DNA of 64,000 nucleotides. Source: an uncultured Eubacteriales bacterium. Its GTDB lineage: Bacteria > Bacillota > Clostridia > Christensenellales > CAG-314. The stretch lies in contig UQVY01000001.1 of assembly GCA_900544545.1 (NCBI GenBank), positions 26,975 to 90,974 of the forward strand, written 5' to 3'. The notes under the pieces were generated by a model that did not search any database, was not told the DNA's origin, and saw only the letters and a list, made by a program, of their open reading frames with translations. How positions within the stretch are numbered: the stretch's first letter is position 1; each line of letters opens with the position of its first letter. The translations under genes and the position numbers were made by a program. Of the stretch, positions 17,804 through 26,427 are shown piece by piece.

Positions 17804-19474
17804 ATGAATACGCTTTTATCTCCCGAACAGTTATGGAACAGATATAACGATCCCGAAGCCGATCTGAACGTGCGCGTCGCAAGCCGCGGCGAAAACGAAG
17901 ATTCGGTCACGGGACAGGTAATTATCGACGGAAGAATTATGGACGGCGCGACCGCGCGTATTTCTCTGAGGTATACCGCAGCCAAGGATAATCGTAATCT
18001 TCCCGCGGTGATTATTCTCGGACGTCCCGGAAAAGCCGTTTCCGAAGAAGAGCGCAGGTTTTACGCAACGGACGGTTTCTTTGCCGTGAGCGTGGACTAT
18101 TCCGCCTGCGATCCGGAAAATCCTTCGGTTTATCCGGCGGGGCTGGGTTACTGTACCTTCGGCAACTGCGGAAGATACTACGATTTCGTAGACGCTTCGG
18201 CTGCCGATACGGTCTGGTTTAACTGGACGTATTCGGTGAGAAGAGCGATTCACTATCTTCTGACCGAAGAAAAGTGTCCGACGGTTTCGGTGGTTTCTTA
18301 CGGAGACGCTTCGAAAATCGCGGCTATGGTTCTCGGGGTGGACGAAAGAGTCAGCGCGGGAGCCATTATTTCCGGAGCTATCCGCGAAAAATGCGAACCC
18401 GAAAAGTTGCCGGGAAGCGAAGAACAGGATGCTCAGTCGATTGCCGAATTTGCGGGAAGAGGCGAGGAGGAGGCTCTTCGTCGTCTTACCGGAATAGCGC
18501 CGCAGACCTATCTTACGATGGTAAAGGCTCCCGTTCTCGTTATGAACGGAACCAACAGCTTCACGATAGACGTGGCTGCTAACGAAGAAGCGGCAGGTCT
18601 TGTCGGGGAACTTTGCTCGATGGTTCTCGTTCCGAGGGGAATAGACGCCGTCGGTCCGAAATACTCCGAGTACGTCAGGAGATGGCTTTTAAAGCCCGAG
18701 AAACATATCCGGATTCCCGTCGAAGCTTTTCTCAAAGACGGAGAATTGTGCGTTAAAGCCGATCTCGTCGAGCTTTCCAGCGTAAGCGAAGTCAGACTCT
18801 TTTACAGGAGAGGCGATAAGAATCCTTCGGCTGCGAATTGGGTGGAAATCGCCGATACGGTCCATCTTTTCGATTCCTGCGAAGGTCAGTGCGAGGTCGT
18901 CGATCCCGACGAACCCGTGCTGTTCTTCTGCAACGCCGTGCGTATGGGTAAGCTTTTATCGTCCGAGGTGCACAGAGTCGTTCCCTCGGAACTCGGCGAA
19001 GTCAAATCCAACGAAAAGAGCAGGATTCTTTATAAAGGCAAGCAGGGAAGAGGGGAATTCGTTTCGCTCGATCCCACGAAGCCGCGGGATTACGCGTTTT
19101 ACAGGGATAATCCGGTGTGCGCGGCGACGGGACCTTACGAAGTGGCCGGAGTTAAGGGCAGGTATCTTTCCACGTTCTGTCTGAACGATTCCAAATACGT
19201 TTTCGACGACGGAATGACTCTTAATTTCGACGTGTACTCAAAAAACGAAAGCGAACTTTCCGTGTATATAACGTCTATGTGGGGGACGAACGAGCAGTGC
19301 GTTTACCGCAACACTCAGAAACTCGTAGGCGGAGATCTCTGGCAGAAGATTTCTCTTCCCGTAAGCGAACTTAAACTGTTTTCGGGTAAAGCCACCGATG
19401 GCGGATTCAGGAGAATGCTGCTGTCTTTCTGCTGCGAAGACGAAATTATCGTCAACAACTTACTGGTGATTTGA
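17804..19474 (+). CDS. Hypothetical protein (556 aa), possible degenerate alpha/beta-hydrolase-like N-terminal region
   Basis: AGGAGG RBS. No clean GxSxG motif. Its stop is 2 nt before the signal peptidase start. Confidence 0.5.
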   Translation: MNTLLSPEQLWNRYNDPEADLNVRVASRGENEDSVTGQVIIDGRIMDGATARISLRYTAAKDNRNLPAVIILGRPGKAVSEEERRFYATDGFFAVSVDYSACDPENPSVYPAGLGYCTFGNCGRYYDFVDASAADTVWFNWTYSVRRAIHYLLTEEKCPTVSVVSYGDASKIAAMVLGVDERVSAGAIISGAIREKCEPEKLPGSEEQDAQSIAEFAGRGEEEALRRLTGIAPQTYLTMVKAPVLVMNGTNSFTIDVAANEEAAGLVGELCSMVLVPRGIDAVGPKYSEYVRRWLLKPEKHIRIPVEAFLKDGELCVKADLVELSSVSEVRLFYRRGDKNPSAANWVEIADTVHLFDSCEGQCEVVDPDEPVLFFCNAVRMGKLLSSEVHRVVPSELGEVKSNEKSRILYKGKQGRGEFVSLDPTKPRDYAFYRDNPVCAATGPYEVAGVKGRYLSTFCLNDSKYVFDDGMTLNFDVYSKNESELSVYITSMWGTNEQCVYRNTQKLVGGDLWQKISLPVSELKLFSGKATDGGFRRMLLSFCCEDEIIVNNLLVI

Positions 19475-19476
19475 TT

Positions 19477-20445
19477 ATGTCGGATGAAAAACGAACCGAG
19501 CTTAATATGATTCCCGACGGAGAAGAGAATCTCGGCAGCGACGATGCGGAGACGCTTTCGGGTAAGGAATCTCGTATCGCGGAAGAATCCGATTTTCCGG
19601 TCCCCGAAACCGAAAGTGAAGTTTCTTCGGAATCCGACGGCTCCAAGGAAACGATTACGGAAGAATCCGAGGATTCCGACGACGCGGTTGTTTGCGAATC
19701 CGAAGGGGCGGAAAATCCCGTGAATGCGCTTTCGGACGAAGATTCGGATAAAGAATCGGATTCCGCGCGTTTCGGTTCCGACGAAAACCCCGATTCCGGA
19801 AATTCTTCCGCTTCGGACGAAAAACGTAAAAAAGCGTCCAATATCGTCTGGTGGACGGTCATAGCTGTGCTCGTCGTCATCTGTGCGATGTTGTTTTACG
19901 GAAGAGCGGTCTATCACGACGCTTATGCGATAAAAGGTTCGTCGATGACGGTCAGATGGGTTGACGGGGGAGAGGAACATCTTTCTCTTTATACCGAAGG
20001 GAAGGTCGTTTACATCGATTCGGAAGAGGAGCTGAAACGAGGCAGCGTTATTATAGTGGACGACGCGGAGCGCGAGAATCATCCGCTTATCAAGCGTATA
20101 GTCGGGCTGGGCGGAGATAAGCTCTGGATAGAAGACGGCTATATATGCGTGCTTGAAAAAGGCGCGACCGAAAGTTACAGGATTACGGAAGCCGACGGCG
20201 CGCCGCTTAATCCCATAGAAAACGAAACGAAAGAAGGAGACCTTGCGGACAGGACGGAAGACGATCCTCTCGTCGTGCCGGAAGGATACGTATACTATGT
20301 GGGCGATAACCGGAACAACAGTCTGGATTGCAGATTTACGGGGCCGGTAAGCGTTTCTCTCGTCAGAGGAACGGTAAAGGGATTCGTTCCCGGATGGTAT
20401 ATGATCATACTGAGGATAAACGGGCTGGAAAGCAGCGGAAAATAG
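19477..20445 (+). CDS. lepB: Signal peptidase I (S26 family) with ~130-aa acidic/Ser-rich N-terminal cytoplasmic extension
   Basis: GSSMTV (box B Ser), KRIVGLGGDKL (box D Lys region) and GDNRNNSLDCRFTGPV (box E). A single TM (IVWWTVIAVLVVICAML) follows a D/E/S-rich low-complexity N-terminus. Confidence 0.8.
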   Translation: MSDEKRTELNMIPDGEENLGSDDAETLSGKESRIAEESDFPVPETESEVSSESDGSKETITEESEDSDDAVVCESEGAENPVNALSDEDSDKESDSARFGSDENPDSGNSSASDEKRKKASNIVWWTVIAVLVVICAMLFYGRAVYHDAYAIKGSSMTVRWVDGGEEHLSLYTEGKVVYIDSEEELKRGSVIIVDDAERENHPLIKRIVGLGGDKLWIEDGYICVLEKGATESYRITEADGAPLNPIENETKEGDLADRTEDDPLVVPEGYVYYVGDNRNNSLDCRFTGPVSVSLVRGTVKGFVPGWYMIILRINGLESSGK

Positions 20446-20492
20446 CTTTTTTCCTGCCGTTTGTCCACCAAAACGGACGGTAGGTGAAAATT

Positions 20493-21359
20493 ATGAAAGA
20501 TTTTATTATTTCTTGTGATCAGACCAGCGATCTTCCCGAAAGAATAAGGGAAAAGGTATCTACGGAAAAGATGGTATATATGCTCGATTCGGTCGAATTC
20601 GGCGGTAATACGGGCAGAGATATGACCATAGAAGAGTTTTATGCCGAGATGAGGAACGGCGCGGTTGCAAAGACCTCTCAGGTTACGGAGGAGGAGGCTT
20701 TCCGGTATTTTGACGAATTCGCGTCCGAAGGTATGGGAGTCCTGCATATTCCGCTTGCCGCGGCTCTCAGCACGACCAGCGACAATTGCCGCAAAGCCGC
20801 CGACAGAATCAACGAAAAATACGGCGAAACTCTCGTTTACAGCATAGACAGTCTTTCGCAGTCGGGCGGTCTCGGGCTTCTTATCACGCTCGCTCAGCTT
20901 AAGAAAGAATCGGGCGCGTCGCTTAAAGAAACTTACGAATACGCGGAGCGGATTAAATCTCATGTATGTCATTATTTCGTCGTGGATAATCTGACTTATC
21001 TCGCAAGAGGCGGAAGAATCAGCAAAGCAAGCGCGTTTCTCGGCGCGGTTATGCGTCTTAAACCCCTTCTTCATACCGACGAAATCGGAAGGCTCGTTCC
21101 GATCAGGAAGATTATGAGCCGCAAAAAGTCGCTTAACGCTCTCGTCGAAAAAATGGAAGAGCGTTTCAACCGCGAAAGCGATATAGTCTATATTTCGCAC
21201 GGCGACTGCATAGAAGACGCGGAATACGTAGCCGGACTCATTCGCGAGAAATTCGGCTTAAATCCGGAAATCATACCGCTTTGCCGGGTAGTCGGCTGTC
21301 ATAGCGGTCCCGGTACTGTCGCTTTGTTTTTCACTGCGGATACCCGCGTGGAGAACTGA
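20493..21359 (+). CDS. DegV family fatty-acid-binding protein
   Basis: MKDFIISCDQTSDLPERIREK... has DegV/EDD fold signatures; AGGTGA RBS. Confidence 0.8.
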   Translation: MKDFIISCDQTSDLPERIREKVSTEKMVYMLDSVEFGGNTGRDMTIEEFYAEMRNGAVAKTSQVTEEEAFRYFDEFASEGMGVLHIPLAAALSTTSDNCRKAADRINEKYGETLVYSIDSLSQSGGLGLLITLAQLKKESGASLKETYEYAERIKSHVCHYFVVDNLTYLARGGRISKASAFLGAVMRLKPLLHTDEIGRLVPIRKIMSRKKSLNALVEKMEERFNRESDIVYISHGDCIEDAEYVAGLIREKFGLNPEIIPLCRVVGCHSGPGTVALFFTADTRVEN

Positions 21360-21439
21360 GCTGTCTGAAGACGGAGGTAACAGTCATTAAAAAAGAATCG
21401 TCGCTTTTAACCGTAGGGCGGAGCCGCAAAGCGTTTCCG

Positions 21440-23104
21440 TTGATTTCGGTTCTCGTTCTGATCCTTTTCGCAGTCCTTGCGGGCTGCGACGGAATCGGTT
21501 CGATCAGACCGATGGATATCCCTGCCCGCGTGGTTAAGGGCGATTTTTTTTCGATCGGACTTACGCTCGAAGTCGTCTACTCCGGAAGAACGGAAATCGT
21601 TTATATAGACAGGGAGATGTTCGACGAAGATAATCTCGCTCTTCTCGAAACCGAAGGCGTTCACGAGGTGGAATTGAGTTTCGGAGGGAAAAAAGTCCGT
21701 TTTACGATAGAGATATTGCCTTCGGACGCATTTAAGGAGGGCAAGCTTTATTTCAGATTTCTGACCGGAGGAGAAACGGTCGTCTGCGGCTTCGAAGCGG
21801 AAGGAACGGAAGCCGCCCGTGCGGTAATTCCTTCGTCCGTAAGAGGTTATCCCGTAACGGGAATCGACGCGTACGCTTTTAAGAATTCGGCCGTGGCTTA
21901 CGTATATCTGCCCGATTCGGTTTCTTATATAGGAAACGGAGCTTTTTACGGTTGCGCGAATCTCGAATACTTCCTTCTTCCGACGAGCGTAACGAAACTC
22001 GGAAGCGGTATCTGGGACGGCGGCGGGAAGCCCTATCTCAAAGTTCTCGAAGTCGAAAATCCCGACGTGAAATTTCCGAAGGACGTTTTTCTCGGTTGTT
22101 CGGACGAGCTTACGGTTTTCGTCGGTCGGGGAGAGCTTTACGGTTTTATAGACTCCGAAAAGAACGCGCGACTTAACGTTTATCCCGTTATGGAAACTCA
22201 GGAAATACGCGGTCAGATCCGGTGCGATTATTCGGAAGTTTCGGGAAAGGAAAGAGAAATCCGTTTCGGCGATGAGGATATATCCGTCGGCAATACCTAT
22301 AAGCTTTATTGGGCGGTTATGCTTGGAATGAATCCCGTTCCGGAAAAGGATTCCGCGGCTGAAACTCTTTTAACCGAGATAAAACGCGCCGTCTGCGAAG
22401 CCACCGATCCCGACGCGGACGAAAAGGACAATCTTCTCGGAATTTACGAATATATCTGCCGCATTACGTCCGAAAACACCGACGTCGACGAAAAAACCGC
22501 GCTCAATCACGGAGCTTTTCTTCCGGAAGGAGTTTTTCTGGCTCGGTCGGCGGTCTGCGACGGATACGCGAAAGCCTTCAATCTTATGGCTCGTGCGGTC
22601 GGAATTATTTCCGAAAGGGCTTCGGGGTATTATACGGTAGGAAGCGGGAAGGTTTATCACGCCTGGAACAGGGTATTTTACGGCGGAGTCTGGTACGAAA
22701 CGGACGTTTCCCGCGGAGATATTTACAGGGGATTGCTTTCCGACGGTCGGGAATATACGACTCACTTTTATCTTCTCTGCGGTGAAGGCGACAGCGAAAA
22801 TGTTTCCACGGACGGACTCGGACCGCAGCTTTCCGGAAGACACGACTGGTATTCGGAAAGAGGACTCGTTGCCGGAAGCGACGAAGAGCTGAATGCGTTG
22901 GTTGCGGAGCATAGAGAGAAACTGCTTTCGGGCGGATACGTCGAAATTCATCTGAAAACCGGGATTTCTCCTTCTCATTCGCTGATGAAGATACTTTCGG
23001 TTGCGTTTTCGGCGGCGGATATAGAGGCGAATCCGGACGTAAGATTTCTTCTCAATCATCCGGACGGCGGCGGAGTTTATCTTATCGGAGCGGCGGAAAC
23101 TTAA
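21440..23104 (+). CDS. Lipoprotein with BspA-type LRR segment and transglutaminase-like cysteine-protease core domain (554 aa; TTG start predicted)
   Basis: Lipobox MISVLVLILFAVLAGC. LRR YAFKNSAVAYVYLPDSVSYIGNGAFYGCANLEYFLLPTSVTKLG. The transglutaminase-like core is C-DGYAKAFNLM...YHAWNRVFYGGVWYETDVS (Cys...His...Asp). Confidence 0.65.
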   Translation: MISVLVLILFAVLAGCDGIGSIRPMDIPARVVKGDFFSIGLTLEVVYSGRTEIVYIDREMFDEDNLALLETEGVHEVELSFGGKKVRFTIEILPSDAFKEGKLYFRFLTGGETVVCGFEAEGTEAARAVIPSSVRGYPVTGIDAYAFKNSAVAYVYLPDSVSYIGNGAFYGCANLEYFLLPTSVTKLGSGIWDGGGKPYLKVLEVENPDVKFPKDVFLGCSDELTVFVGRGELYGFIDSEKNARLNVYPVMETQEIRGQIRCDYSEVSGKEREIRFGDEDISVGNTYKLYWAVMLGMNPVPEKDSAAETLLTEIKRAVCEATDPDADEKDNLLGIYEYICRITSENTDVDEKTALNHGAFLPEGVFLARSAVCDGYAKAFNLMARAVGIISERASGYYTVGSGKVYHAWNRVFYGGVWYETDVSRGDIYRGLLSDGREYTTHFYLLCGEGDSENVSTDGLGPQLSGRHDWYSERGLVAGSDEELNALVAEHREKLLSGGYVEIHLKTGISPSHSLMKILSVAFSAADIEANPDVRFLLNHPDGGGVYLIGAAET

Positions 23105-23117
23105 AACAAGGAACAAA

Positions 23118-23942
23118 ATGAAAATCGATCTACACGTACACACAAACAGATCGGACGGAGCTTTCTCTCCCGAGGAAATAACCGATATGGCCGTAGCCGC
23201 GTCGATAGAGCTGCTTGCGATAACCGATCACGATACGATAGTCGGCTCCGAAGAAGCGACGGCTTACGCGGAAGGTAAACCGATAAGAATAATTCCCGGG
23301 ATAGAGCTTTCGACTTACGCGGGAGACAGACAGGTTCATCTTCTCGGATACGGAGTCGATTTCAAGTCGTCGGTACTCGCAGACGCGCTCGAAGGACAGA
23401 AAAAAGCGCGGTTGGAGAGGAACGAAAGTATTCTCGGAAATCTCGCAAGGCTCGGAATGAAACTCGATTACGAAGAGGTCGCGGCAAACGCGTTGGGTAC
23501 GATAGGCAGAAAACATATCGCCGAGGCAATGGTCAGAAGAGGTTACGTAAAAAGTATAAACGAGGCTTTCGGAGTATATTTGGGGGAAGGCGGAAAGGCT
23601 TTTGCGTCCGGAATACGCCTTAAACCCGAAGAGGGCGTGGAGCTTCTCGTAAAATCGGGGGCGGTCGTGGTTCTCGCTCATCCCTGTAAAATAAAAATGA
23701 ACGCTCGGGAGCTTAAGGAATTCGTACTTTCTCTTAAGGAAAGGGGACTTTCCGGTATGGAAAGCGACTATTTTGCGCAAACTTACGAAAAACGGCAGGA
23801 GATGCGGAGAATTGCGGCAGGAGCTGACCTTTTCGTAACGGGAGGGAGCGATTTTCATTCTTTCGGAAGCGCGGTTGCGCTGGGAGAATGTAACTGTCGT
23901 CTTTCCGAAAGGGCTTTGAAGGCTCTCGGAGCGGGAAAATAA
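23118..23942 (+). CDS. PHP-domain phosphoesterase (TrpH/YciV-like)
   Basis: MKIDLHVHTNRSDGAFSPEEI... is the PHP N-terminal metal-binding motif. Confidence 0.8.
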   Translation: MKIDLHVHTNRSDGAFSPEEITDMAVAASIELLAITDHDTIVGSEEATAYAEGKPIRIIPGIELSTYAGDRQVHLLGYGVDFKSSVLADALEGQKKARLERNESILGNLARLGMKLDYEEVAANALGTIGRKHIAEAMVRRGYVKSINEAFGVYLGEGGKAFASGIRLKPEEGVELLVKSGAVVVLAHPCKIKMNARELKEFVLSLKERGLSGMESDYFAQTYEKRQEMRRIAAGADLFVTGGSDFHSFGSAVALGECNCRLSERALKALGAGK

Positions 23943-23986
23943 TCCTCCGAAGTCCATTATCGGAAGCCGTACGCTCGGAGGAAGGA

Positions 23987-25171
23987 ATGAAAAACGTATC
24001 GGATTTTAATACGTCGGTTATTCGCGCGCTCGGAATTCTGGGCGCGTTTTGTTTGTGTTTATTGGCATTTTCAGGTATTTTTTCGGGCTTTTCCGTTTGC
24101 GGATACGCAAATGCGGAAGAAACCGAGGCAATCCGTCTGATTTTCGTCTGCGAAGGTCGTAAATTCGTCTTTGAGCCCGACTATTCGGGGCTTTCCGAGG
24201 AAGAAAAGTCCGCGCGTCGTATTTACGACGAAAAAGGAAGAACGGAGCTTATCGACGAGATTCTGACGCTGATTCCCGATTCTGCGGCGGCTTTGGAATA
24301 CGTCTTTTGCGGGCTCGGGAATTTTCTGGATAAACTTGATTCCCGTTTTTCGGAAAATCCCGTAAACGCCTTTCTTGCGTTCGGATTTCGGGGCGATAAA
24401 GCGGAGGCAAGACTTGTCGGCGGCAAAAACGGCAGAAAAATCGACAGGCAGGAGCTTTATAAAAGGCTGATAATGAAGCTTAAAAGCGAAGTTTATTCGG
24501 TAAAAGTGCCTTTTAAAACGCTTTATCCCACCGAAAACGACGAAAGCGTCCTTCGGGAATCTTTCGTTCGCGGAGAATTTTCGACCTACTGCAATACCGC
24601 GAACGAAAATCGCACGCATAACATAAGACTGGCTCTTTCGGCTCTTGACGGAATAAAGCTTGCGCCGGGAGAGATTTTTTCCTTTAACGGAATAGTCGGG
24701 GAAAGATGCGAAAGAAGAGGTTACAGGGTTTCAAAGGTCATAAACAACGGAGAATACGCGGAAGGAGTTGGCGGAGGAGTCTGTCAGGTTTCGACGACGC
24801 TGTATAACGCCGCGCTCGTTGCGGGATTGGAAATTACCGAAAGACACAGGCACACTTTAAGAAGCGGCTACGTCGAGGCGGGTTTCGACGCTATGGTAAA
24901 TTACGGGGGCGCGGATCTGAGAATAAAAAACAGTACGGGCGGGAACGTTTATATACTGACCGATATGAATTCCGACGGAAGAATAAGAGCCGTGTTTTTC
25001 GGGATGAAGAATCCGTGCGTCATAACCCGTGAAAGCGTGCTTATAGCCGATTACGGAAAAGGAAGCGTAAGGACGGACAGCTATCTCGTTTACACGGAAA
25101 ACGGAAAGGTAGTTAAAAGAGTAAAGATTCACGGCGATTATTATTATCCCAATCCGTCCCTTGCCGATTAA
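23987..25171 (+). CDS. VanW-family protein
   Basis: GGGVCQVSTTLYNAALVAGLEITERHRHTL is characteristic of the VanW domain; N-terminal TM/signal segment. Confidence 0.75.
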   Translation: MKNVSDFNTSVIRALGILGAFCLCLLAFSGIFSGFSVCGYANAEETEAIRLIFVCEGRKFVFEPDYSGLSEEEKSARRIYDEKGRTELIDEILTLIPDSAAALEYVFCGLGNFLDKLDSRFSENPVNAFLAFGFRGDKAEARLVGGKNGRKIDRQELYKRLIMKLKSEVYSVKVPFKTLYPTENDESVLRESFVRGEFSTYCNTANENRTHNIRLALSALDGIKLAPGEIFSFNGIVGERCERRGYRVSKVINNGEYAEGVGGGVCQVSTTLYNAALVAGLEITERHRHTLRSGYVEAGFDAMVNYGGADLRIKNSTGGNVYILTDMNSDGRIRAVFFGMKNPCVITRESVLIADYGKGSVRTDSYLVYTENGKVVKRVKIHGDYYYPNPSLAD

Positions 25172-25258
25172 GCCCGTCTTATCGTCCGGCAAGCGCTTTA
25201 CAATATTCGGGAAATAGTGTATAATTGGGGAAAATAATCGGGACGGCGGTAATCGAAT

Positions 25259-25831
25259 ATGTATCCTTTTTTCGCATTCGTCAAAAGAATGAAACACGTC
25301 AGGCGTTGGAGTCTTATGAGGAACGTTTCGGAGGAGAATCTTCTCGAGCATTCTCAGGAAACCGCGATGTTGGCTCACGCTCTCGCGGTCATAGGGAACG
25401 AGTATTTCGGTAAGAGTTACGAGCCCGAAAGAGCCGCGGCTCTCGCGCTTTATCACGACGCGACCGAAGTCGTGACCGGCGACCTGCCTACTCCCGTCAA
25501 ATATCGCAACGACGAAATCCGTAAAGCCTATAAAGATATAGAGAAAAGTGCGGGAGAAGAGATTCTCGGTATGCTTCCCGAGAGAATGAGGAAGTATTAT
25601 CGGGAGCTTGTTTGCGGCTGCGATTGCGTTGAATACGGGCTTATGAAGCAGGCGGACAAGCTTGCGGCTTATATAAAGTGCATAGAGGAAAGAGAAAGCG
25701 GGAACAAAGAGTTTCTGAGCGCGGAAAAAACCGTAAGACGCGAGCTTGACGATATCGCGGGCGAGGAAACGAGATTCTTTATAGAGAATTTTCTGCCCGC
25801 CTACGGACTCGACCTCGACCGACAGAAATAA
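25259..25831 (+). CDS. HD-domain 5'-deoxynucleotidase (YfbR-like)
   Basis: RWSLMRNVSEENLLEHSQETAMLAHALAVI...ALYHDATEVVTGDLPTPVK matches the YfbR HD motifs. The true start may be the internal Met at 25292. Confidence 0.75.
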   Translation: MYPFFAFVKRMKHVRRWSLMRNVSEENLLEHSQETAMLAHALAVIGNEYFGKSYEPERAAALALYHDATEVVTGDLPTPVKYRNDEIRKAYKDIEKSAGEEILGMLPERMRKYYRELVCGCDCVEYGLMKQADKLAAYIKCIEERESGNKEFLSAEKTVRRELDDIAGEETRFFIENFLPAYGLDLDRQK

Positions 25832-25833
25832 TT

Positions 25834-26427
25834 ATGGAGATTGTAAGAGCGGAAGGACTCGGATACGCGTATCATTACGACGAAACCTTCGTTTTGAAAG
25901 ACCTTTCTTTTTCGGCGGAGAGCGGAAAGATAACGGAAGTCGCTCTCGGATACGGGAAAACGACTCTTGCGAGGCTTTTGGGAGGGCTTCTGATTCCTTC
26001 CGAAGGGACGCTTCTTCTTAAAGGTCAGCCGCTGCTTTCCGTCCCGAAGGAAAAAAGAAATATTGCCGTAATATTCGAGGATTATGCTTTGATGAAAGGG
26101 ACCGTTCGGGATAATCTCGCGTTCGGGCTTAAAGTCAGAGGCTTCGATAAAAGCGAAACGGAAAGAATAGTTGCCTTAGAGGCGGAAAAGTTTTCGCTAT
26201 CGGATAAGCTCGACCTCAGCACCAGGAAGCTTTCCCGCATCGACGCTTTTATGACCGCTCTTGCAAGAGCCGACGCAAGGAAAATCGAGCTTCTCGTGCT
26301 GGATGACGTTTTTAAAGGCTTGGAGAAGGAAGAGAGGGAAACCGCCCGAAATACGGTCGAATCGTTAATTAGAGCGCATTCGTGCGCCGTGATAAATATT
26401 TCCGATAAAGGAGGAGAAAATGAATAA
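25834..26427 (+). CDS. Short degenerate ABC-type ATPase-like protein (197 aa)
   Basis: Walker A-like ALGYGKTTL and Walker B ELLVLDDV, but no LSGGQ signature. Overlaps the downstream S41 peptidase gene by 8 nt. Confidence 0.5.
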   Translation: MEIVRAEGLGYAYHYDETFVLKDLSFSAESGKITEVALGYGKTTLARLLGGLLIPSEGTLLLKGQPLLSVPKEKRNIAVIFEDYALMKGTVRDNLAFGLKVRGFDKSETERIVALEAEKFSLSDKLDLSTRKLSRIDAFMTALARADARKIELLVLDDVFKGLEKEERETARNTVESLIRAHSCAVINISDKGGENE

